NCBI GenBank assembly: GCA_046758445.1
Contig: JBHIAE010000047.1
Span: 1 to 22,323 of the forward strand
Length of the DNA: 22,323 bases
Direction: 5' to 3'
From: Candidatus Thorarchaeota archaeon
GTDB taxonomy: Archaea > Asgardarchaeota > Thorarchaeia > Thorarchaeales > Thorarchaeaceae
The notes beneath the pieces are model-generated. The model was given only the letters and a program-made list of their open reading frames with translations. It had not been told where the DNA came from and did not search any database. Each line of letters opens with the position of its first letter. The stretch's first letter is position 1. The position numbers were made by a program, and so were the translations under genes. Shown piece by piece: positions 7,632 through 14,081 of this stretch.

Positions 7632-7837
7632 TAATCCTAGCGCGCAGTTCTACCCATCTTCATCCCTACTCATGAGAGTCCGGAAACAAGGGCGGCGGTT
7701 TCTGGACTAGTCAGGCCAGATGCTTGGAACCCCATCAATTGTGGCTTTTGTGGGACACAACCGTCCGTCCAAGGGAATAAAGCTGAGGCGGACAGTCATC
7801 CGAGACTAATTCCTGCTCGGACTCAACTCATCTTGCA

Positions 7838-8479
7838 CTATACGGCCTTCAAAGCGCGACTCGCCAAGAACGAGCTGATGACCCCCAACATTTCATGGGG
7901 CTGATAGAAGATCGAGTTCCTGTCATATAGAAGGCGAATGCTGGCTGGGAACTCTTCATCTTCGTCCTCAAATATGAGCAGAACTCTTACTCGCGGCAGG
8001 AATGGGACTTCAAACCCTGCATCGCCGTAGTCAACTCTCTTGGCACCAAGACGCTCCAGACCTTGGAACAGTTCCGCCCTATTCTCCAGGAAGGCTGTGG
8101 TCATGACCTTGATGTCCTCCTCATCGAAGGAGAACCTACACGCCCATGAGCCACTGAGCGCGTTGAACTTGACCCATTCGTTTGTCACGCCCTCGTCTTT
8201 GGCCTTGCTGTAATAATAGAGGAATGGAACAAGTCGATTGATGCTGACTTTGGCATCCGCAAGTGTATCTAGGGCTTCACCGGTTCCAAGGTTCACTCTG
8301 ATACCAAGGATGTTCACATGCTTACCGTTGACGCCAAGCCGATCCCTTATGGTCTTGATATCTTCCCCGAAGTTCTCCCAGTTCCAGAAGGCCGAGCTCG
8401 TGTCGAACTCTTCGATATTGAACCTGGCCGCAAGCTCACGTGCGATGCTCATCCAGTACTCAAGAATGTCGTCCGCCAT
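7838..8479 (-). CDS. DUF3786-like protein
   Basis: C-terminal pattern EWVKF..L.G....F.......LGA.....GD......FLPRV.V.L......DEEFPA...LLYD.....Y...E recognised as DUF3786, a family often found near corrinoid/ACS genes. Confidence 0.75.
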   Translation of the reverse strand: MADDILEYWMSIARELAARFNIEEFDTSSAFWNWENFGEDIKTIRDRLGVNGKHVNILGIRVNLGTGEALDTLADAKVSINRLVPFLYYYSKAKDEGVTNEWVKFNALSGSWACRFSFDEEDIKVMTTAFLENRAELFQGLERLGAKRVDYGDAGFEVPFLPRVRVLLIFEDEDEEFPASIRLLYDRNSIFYQPHEMLGVISSFLASRALKAV

Positions 8480-8632
8480 TCCAGCTCAGAATTCATGTCC
8501 ATTAGCTACCTTTCACTCTTTCTCTATGTACAGAGAGCACAAGCGAATCTGATCATCTAATCGGCATAGACTCAAATAGAGGAAACGTAAAGTACCGCTC
8601 AACTCACCAGATAGAGGCCAGGCGGTCTAATA

Positions 8633-9199
8633 ATGGTCACTGCACTCTTCAAGGTCGTTCTCATGGGTGATGGGTCGGTCGGAAAGACAAGCCTTAGGCG
8701 TACATACATGGGAGAAGGTTTCAGAGCCAACTACATGATAACAATAGGCGCCGATTTCGCAGTGAAGAAGATGGAACTAGCGGGAGGACACGACGTAAGC
8801 ATTCAGATCTGGGATCTGGCAGGGCAAGAGCATTTCAAGAGTGTCCGTTCCACTTTCTACAAAGGTGCCCAAGGAACACTCGCAGTCTACTCAACAGTTG
8901 AACGTTCTTCCTTCGATAACATTCCCCACTGGCTGGAAGAATGTTGGACAAATGCAGGCAAGAAGATACCTGTCGTTCTCATTGGCAACAAGATTGACCT
9001 GCGTGACCAGTTCAAGGACAACCCTGTCATGCAACAGACTATTGTCACAACTGAAGAAGGCCAGGCACTTGCGAAGAGAATTGAGGACCGTGGAGTTCAA
9101 ACGAGCTTCCTTGAAACGTCTGCAAAGACAGGTACGAATGTAGAGGCCGCATTCTTGGAACTTGCGATAAAGATACTAGAGGCCGGTGGACTAACCTGA
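8633..9199 (+). CDS. Rab-like small GTPase (Ras superfamily, eukaryotic signature protein)
   Basis: G1 GDGSVGKTS, G2/RabF1 TIGADF, G3 WDLAGQ, RabF3/F4-like HFKSV/FYKGA, G4 NKID, G5 ETSAK; no C-terminal prenylation Cys. Confidence 0.95.
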   Translation: MVTALFKVVLMGDGSVGKTSLRRTYMGEGFRANYMITIGADFAVKKMELAGGHDVSIQIWDLAGQEHFKSVRSTFYKGAQGTLAVYSTVERSSFDNIPHWLEECWTNAGKKIPVVLIGNKIDLRDQFKDNPVMQQTIVTTEEGQALAKRIEDRGVQTSFLETSAKTGTNVEAAFLELAIKILEAGGLT

Positions 9200-9221
9200 T
9201 TACTCTCTAGGCGGCTTAAAC

Positions 9222-9611
9222 ATGTCACTGGGTGACTTCCTGTTTCCTCAAGTAGAACTAAAGCTAGTGATTTCTCATTCCTTTGAGACTGATATCGAGT
9301 CTGTTCGCAACAAGGCGTCCAAGGAGTTTCAGAAGCTTGCTGCGAGGATTTCGTTGAGCAAAGGTAATCTACAACGACTTGGACTGGGAGAGGGTGACGC
9401 CGTGAGTGTCGAGTCAATGAGCGGGAGAATTGTGGTTCATGCAATCCCTGATGACAAGTTGGCGGACGACGTAGCAGTCATGCCTCGGTCGCCGTGGGCT
9501 CTCTCCCTTGTTGCCGTGCCTTCAGACGGGGCACCTGTCCAACTTCACGATATCCAAGTAACAGTCACAAAGAGCGAGGACAAGGTCACTTCTTTCGACT
9601 CGATCCTCTAG
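9222..9611 (+). CDS. fwdD: FwdD/FmdD-like molybdopterin-dinucleotide-binding domain protein (divergent)
   Basis: 129 aa, the typical FwdD size; L..LGL.EGD.V.V.S..G..VV.A and P..PWA patterns; lies in the fwdF/fwdG/fwdB neighbourhood. Confidence 0.72.
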   Translation: MSLGDFLFPQVELKLVISHSFETDIESVRNKASKEFQKLAARISLSKGNLQRLGLGEGDAVSVESMSGRIVVHAIPDDKLADDVAVMPRSPWALSLVAVPSDGAPVQLHDIQVTVTKSEDKVTSFDSIL

Positions 9612-10944
9612 TTTCGTTGAACCTCTCAACTACTTCTTTCACTCGCCCCTTCTCGAGTTGTAGCTGAAGTTGAGGATCATTTCTGAGAAGGTCTCTGAGC
9701 GCCTGAGCAGCCTTCATTGCCTGCTTGCGTGCTCCATCCTCAGAGCTCCAAGCCTGTTCTTCCTTAATCCTGACTTGTACCTTCTCACGAATCTTCACCA
9801 CAATGCTCCGCTCAAAGAGACCGCTGGGATCAGGCTCTATGCCAATAACAGCATCAAAGAACAGTCCTCTCGCCTTCTCCCACTTTCGTGCACGTTCGAG
9901 CTCCTCGATATTGTATCCCTCGCGTTTCACTTTGAGAACATCATAGGGACAGGAGTGTTCACATGCACCACAGTAGATGCAGTTGTCGTCGTAGACTGCA
10001 AGCTTCTCAGCTGTGCCCGTAGGATAGATTGACTTCGTTGGGCATATGTTGAAGCAGTTGTTGCAGCCCGTGGGGTCACACTTCTCAAGGTTATTGACGA
10101 TCACTTCCCCAGAGAATGGCTTGGTAACAGTGAGCGCTTCGAACGGACAAATGATGCCACAGAGGCCACATTTCACACATGTTTCATTATCGTGATGGAG
10201 TTGCCCGGTTATCTCAATCTCGCCTATCGTTCGTGGAGTTGACTTTGTGCATTCAACCTCAATTGCTTCATCTGGACATATCTTGGCGCAAAGGCCGCAG
10301 TAGTCACATTCTTCCTCTATGACCTTGATGGCAATCGCAGGTCTGAACTCAGGAGGCTCAGCGGAGTCAGACCAATAGATCTTGATAGCCTTCGGACATA
10401 GCAGCTCACACAGTCCACAGTAAGAGCACTTGTCCTCATCCACCCGAATGCGACCCTCTGCCGACTCTTCGCCCTCATAGATGACAATGTCCTTCTTCTT
10501 GCTTACATTGATATCCACGCTAAGTGATTCCGTTGGACAGACCTTGGCACATAGAAGACACGGGGCGCATTTCTCTTCGTCAATCTCGTGTGTGCCATCA
10601 ATGCGGTTGAACTCATTCACTGCACCTTCGCCCTCGTACGAAGCGTCAAAGGCTCTGAAGACACATGCCGAATCGCAAAGGCCGCAAAACGTGCATAGCT
10701 CTGGATCCACGTTCACAAGTGGTGCATTTTCAATACGCCCAGCGGCAGTCTCCGCAACAGGACCGAGTGTGATTGCCTCCCATGGACATGGCAGGCACAG
10801 GCTGCAACCCACGCACTTCTCGATCTTGTAGTCCAGAGTCTTTTTGAGAAGTGAAGTTTTCCAGACAAACTTCACAGTACCGTCAACAAGGTCCATGGAA
10901 ACGACAGGGTTCTCTCCGATTGTGATGTCATGTCGTTCCATCAT
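9586..10944 (-). CDS. fwdF: FwdF/FmdF-like polyferredoxin (8 predicted [4Fe-4S] motifs)
   Basis: Eight ferredoxin motifs: CVGCSLCLPCP, CTFCGLCDSAC, CAPCLLCAKVCP, CSYCGLCELLCP, CDYCGLCAKICP, CVKCGLCGIICP, CDPTGCNNCFNICP, CIYCGACEHSCP; starts 1 nt after the hdrA stop. Confidence 0.82.
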   Translation of the reverse strand: MMERHDITIGENPVVSMDLVDGTVKFVWKTSLLKKTLDYKIEKCVGCSLCLPCPWEAITLGPVAETAAGRIENAPLVNVDPELCTFCGLCDSACVFRAFDASYEGEGAVNEFNRIDGTHEIDEEKCAPCLLCAKVCPTESLSVDINVSKKKDIVIYEGEESAEGRIRVDEDKCSYCGLCELLCPKAIKIYWSDSAEPPEFRPAIAIKVIEEECDYCGLCAKICPDEAIEVECTKSTPRTIGEIEITGQLHHDNETCVKCGLCGIICPFEALTVTKPFSGEVIVNNLEKCDPTGCNNCFNICPTKSIYPTGTAEKLAVYDDNCIYCGACEHSCPYDVLKVKREGYNIEELERARKWEKARGLFFDAVIGIEPDPSGLFERSIVVKIREKVQVRIKEEQAWSSEDGARKQAMKAAQALRDLLRNDPQLQLQLEKGRVKEVVERFNETRGSSRKK

Positions 10945-10945
10945 T

Positions 10946-13390
10946 TCATCCTCCAGTCGTCCCTTTTGCTCCCGAAGTCTGAACTCTTGTGCTTCTCTCT
11001 ACCATTTCCATACCTAGTGGCCCCAGCTTGGTCACTAGATTGACAAAGTCATTGACCTGTTCGGCGAACTGGTCTGCCTCAGATGCTGAAACACTTCCAA
11101 AGAAGAGGCGTCGTCCATCAATTCCTGCCGCCTCTAGGGCCTCCCCAAGATTGGCTGTCCTACTCATAGCGTATCTGGCACCTGACCGATAGTGACAGTC
11201 TTGAACATGGCAACCCATGACTGCCACTCCGTCCGCACCCTCAGCAAAGGCAGTCAAGAGGGTTTCTGCATTGATACGCCCGGTGCAGGGGACTTGGATA
11301 GGGACGAGGTTAGGGGGATATTTGATTCTGGAGGTGCCTGCCCTGTCAGCAGCGTTGTATGCACACCATCTGCACAGGTAGCCCACAATCGCAGGTCTGA
11401 CCGGGTTGCTCACGACAGCAGTCTTAGTAGCATTAAGCAGTTGCTCTGTCGTAAGGCATGGCAGATCCAGCGCGCCCGACGGACAGGCGGCTGCGCATGC
11501 GCCGCAACCTCTACAGGCTGCTAGACTGATCTGAGGATACTTCTCATGGTCAAAACTGATGGCGTTGGGTGTGCATATTCTCTCACAGAGACGACAGCTT
11601 ATACACAGATCTTCATCAAATGACGGTACGCATGCCTCCGTAATTACGGTACCACTTGTCAGTAGTGTCTTCGCTTTGGACGCAGCAAGACCTGCATGAG
11701 CCACTGTGTCTGCTATGTCTTTAGGTCCCTGAGCGACTCCGGCAAGAAAGACGCCCTTGGTAACAGTGGTACTCGGACCCAGCTTTGGATGTTGTTCCAG
11801 AAAGAATCCGTTTTCATCAAGCGGCGCTCTGAAGAGGTTGGAGATCTCAGCGTTGCCTGGCTCGGAGTCCATGCCCACCATGAGTACAACAAGATCGGTC
11901 TCCATCTCGAGCTGCCTCCTCAGCAGTGTGTCTTCTGCACGTACCGTAGTGTCACCAGACAATGGATCCCGAACGACCTCGCCTATGTTGCCTCGAATGA
12001 AGTTGATGCGATGTTCCTTGGCTGCTCTTTCGTATAGCTCTTCTTGACCCTTTCCGAAAGTCCTCATGTCCGTGTAGAACACGTATGCCTCACAATCAGG
12101 AATCTGTTCCTTGATCTGAACGACCTCTTTGACTGCTGCTGTACAGCAGACCCGGCTGCAGTAGGGTCTCCCAAACCTTTCGGATCGACTTCCGACACAA
12201 AGAGCAAAGACAACGCGTTTTGGTGGTTCTCCATTTGATGGACGTACAAGTCTTCCCCCACTCGGGCCTCCTGGATTAAGCAGCCTCTCTAGTTCAACAG
12301 AAGTGATTACATCAGGGTTCTGTCCATAACCGAGTTCCTCAACGATGCTTGGATTAAACGGTTTGAAACCGGTTGCCAAGACAACGGCACCAAACTCAAT
12401 CGTCTCGGTCACGTCGACTTCATCATATCTGAGTGACTTGGGCTCGCATACTCCTGCACAGGACTGGCATCCAATGCAATTCTCGCTGTCGATAAAAGGT
12501 GCTAGGGGTACAGCATCTACTAGAGGTCTCACCATGGCCTTTCTGTCTCCAAGCCCATAGTTGTACTCATCAGGCACGTCCACGGGGCAAACCTCGATGC
12601 ACCTGTTGCAGCCCGTGCAGGTATCGATGTCTACGAACCTAGCGTTTTGCCTCAAGGTCACCCTGTAGTTTCCTACTCCTCCCCTAACGCCAAGAACGTC
12701 AGTCAAGGTCATTATTCGAATCTTGGGGTGCCTAGCCACCCTTGTCATCATTGGCCCAAGGATACAGATGCCACAGTCGAAGGTCGGGAACAGCTTGTCC
12801 CACTTTGCCATGTGCCCACCCAAGAAGCCCTCCTTCTCCACGATGACAGTTTCGACCCCGGCGTCCGCCATCTCGACCGCTGCAGTCATTCCTGCGACAC
12901 CTCCGCCGATGACAAGGCCTCTCTGAACAACAGGAATAGTATGAGCCTGAATTACCTGGGATGCGCCCACATTGGCCAATCCTGTGTCTATTATGGCTGC
13001 AGCCTTTGCAGTCGCAGAGGCAGGATCATCATAGTGGACCCAGCTACACTGTTCCCTAATGTTTGCCATATGGAGATGACCAGGGTCAATTCCTGCTTCT
13101 CTCACAGCATCGGAAAAGAGTTCCCAGTGGAGGCCAGGTGAACAACCTGCAATGACCACTCTCTCGGCTTTGCTCTTCTTGATAGCCCCAACCAGGTCGT
13201 AGACTCCTTGCTCTGAGCAGAGATGGTCGTCTACCTCAACTAGGGCAATCTTCATTGATTCATACTTCTTTCTGAGAAACTCAACATCGATGGTATCGGC
13301 GACGTTCGAGCCGCATCGGCACAGGAAGACTGCAGTTCTATCATCTTCCTTCTTCTTCCTGCCTTTCTTCTTGCGACTCACTGTTTCCAC
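10946..13390 (-). CDS. hdrA: Heterodisulfide reductase subunit A fused to a C-terminal MvhD ([2Fe-2S]) domain
   Basis: CRCGSN/HLCS/GCSP/NIREQCSWVH N-terminal domain, FAD motif IGGGVAG, FPTFDCGICIL, inserted ferredoxin pair, CVGSR..YCSRVCC, GVAQGPKDI, C-terminal ferredoxin pair, then MvhD motifs CRWCAYNAAD, VPCTGR, GADGV..MGCH..DCHY, SASEA..F. Confidence 0.95.
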   Translation of the reverse strand: METVSRKKKGRKKKEDDRTAVFLCRCGSNVADTIDVEFLRKKYESMKIALVEVDDHLCSEQGVYDLVGAIKKSKAERVVIAGCSPGLHWELFSDAVREAGIDPGHLHMANIREQCSWVHYDDPASATAKAAAIIDTGLANVGASQVIQAHTIPVVQRGLVIGGGVAGMTAAVEMADAGVETVIVEKEGFLGGHMAKWDKLFPTFDCGICILGPMMTRVARHPKIRIMTLTDVLGVRGGVGNYRVTLRQNARFVDIDTCTGCNRCIEVCPVDVPDEYNYGLGDRKAMVRPLVDAVPLAPFIDSENCIGCQSCAGVCEPKSLRYDEVDVTETIEFGAVVLATGFKPFNPSIVEELGYGQNPDVITSVELERLLNPGGPSGGRLVRPSNGEPPKRVVFALCVGSRSERFGRPYCSRVCCTAAVKEVVQIKEQIPDCEAYVFYTDMRTFGKGQEELYERAAKEHRINFIRGNIGEVVRDPLSGDTTVRAEDTLLRRQLEMETDLVVLMVGMDSEPGNAEISNLFRAPLDENGFFLEQHPKLGPSTTVTKGVFLAGVAQGPKDIADTVAHAGLAASKAKTLLTSGTVITEACVPSFDEDLCISCRLCERICTPNAISFDHEKYPQISLAACRGCGACAAACPSGALDLPCLTTEQLLNATKTAVVSNPVRPAIVGYLCRWCAYNAADRAGTSRIKYPPNLVPIQVPCTGRINAETLLTAFAEGADGVAVMGCHVQDCHYRSGARYAMSRTANLGEALEAAGIDGRRLFFGSVSASEADQFAEQVNDFVNLVTKLGPLGMEMVERSTRVQTSGAKGTTGG

Positions 13391-13404
13391 CTAGGCGTAT
13401 CGAA

Positions 13405-13518
13405 AGATAATGATGTCCTGATTATCTGATTGTTTGTGTTACTCGGGTCGTTCAACTTGTCCCGGTTCATCTGATTGAGTATAAGTGTGACCATTGGGGA
13501 TTTGTGCCATCTGCACAA
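13405..13518. promoter_or_regulatory. Divergent promoter region with two inverted repeats (candidate operators)
   Basis: AGATAAT-N9-ATTATCT (13405-13427) and TTGTGC-N5-GCACAA (13502-13518) in the 223-nt gap between divergent hdrA and fwdG-like genes. Confidence 0.4.
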
Positions 13519-13613
13519 GTGCACCCACCGGATGATTCTTGTGGAAATAAGGAAGACTTGCCCTTGTAGTTCGGCGAATCGCTCCAGAGCAAGTACATGG
13601 GAGACACATCAAG

Positions 13614-14072
13614 TTGAAACTGAACCCTATGGAGTTGTACAACCTACTTCCAAAGACCAACTGCAGGCTTTGTGAACCAAAGACATGCATGGCCTTTGCC
13701 ACAAAGCTGGCCTTGGGAGATGTGTTGCCTGATGACTGTCCCCCTCTTCTCGAGCCCGGATTCGAAACGAACCTCTCTAAGATTCGAAACATGGTAGCTC
13801 CTCTCCAGTCGACAGAAACCACTGGGATCAGACTGGAGGAAGACAAGTGCACAGGTTGTGGTAACTGTGTTGTCGTCTGTCCAGTTGATGTCGCCGCAGA
13901 ACCGCCGACGAGCGTAGGAAAAGCCGCAATGAGTGAGGCAACGGTCTTCAGAGTGGAGAATGGTATCTCGAAGATAATCAACCTAGAGAAGTGCCGACGT
14001 TTTCCGCCGGACAGGCTAAACTGTCGAGTCTGTGAGCAATACTGCTGCACTGATGCAATAGAGATCTGGTAG
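13614..14072 (+). CDS. fwdG: FwdG-like ferredoxin with N-terminal FeS (RnfB/CdhE-type) domain
   Basis: LPKTNCRLCEPKTCMAFA...DCPPL FeS domain plus CTGCGNCVVVCP and C......NCRVCEQYC dicluster; directly upstream of fwdB. Start is TTG 13614 or ATG 13629. Confidence 0.7.
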   Translation: MKLNPMELYNLLPKTNCRLCEPKTCMAFATKLALGDVLPDDCPPLLEPGFETNLSKIRNMVAPLQSTETTGIRLEEDKCTGCGNCVVVCPVDVAAEPPTSVGKAAMSEATVFRVENGISKIINLEKCRRFPPDRLNCRVCEQYCCTDAIEIW

Positions 14073-14081
14073 GTGAACCAC

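Noticed and set aside
7637-7657. Mini-ORF MGRTAR* on the minus strand resembling the start of the PolB2 partner (GRTART)
   Set aside because: Only five matching residues, different codons, immediate stop and no further similarity; most likely chance.
10946-13390. Selenocysteine in HdrA or MvhD (known selenoproteins in some archaea including Lokiarchaeia)
   Set aside because: The ORF is uninterrupted; the relevant motifs (DCGIC, CRWC, GCH) all use Cys codons and there is no in-frame TGA.
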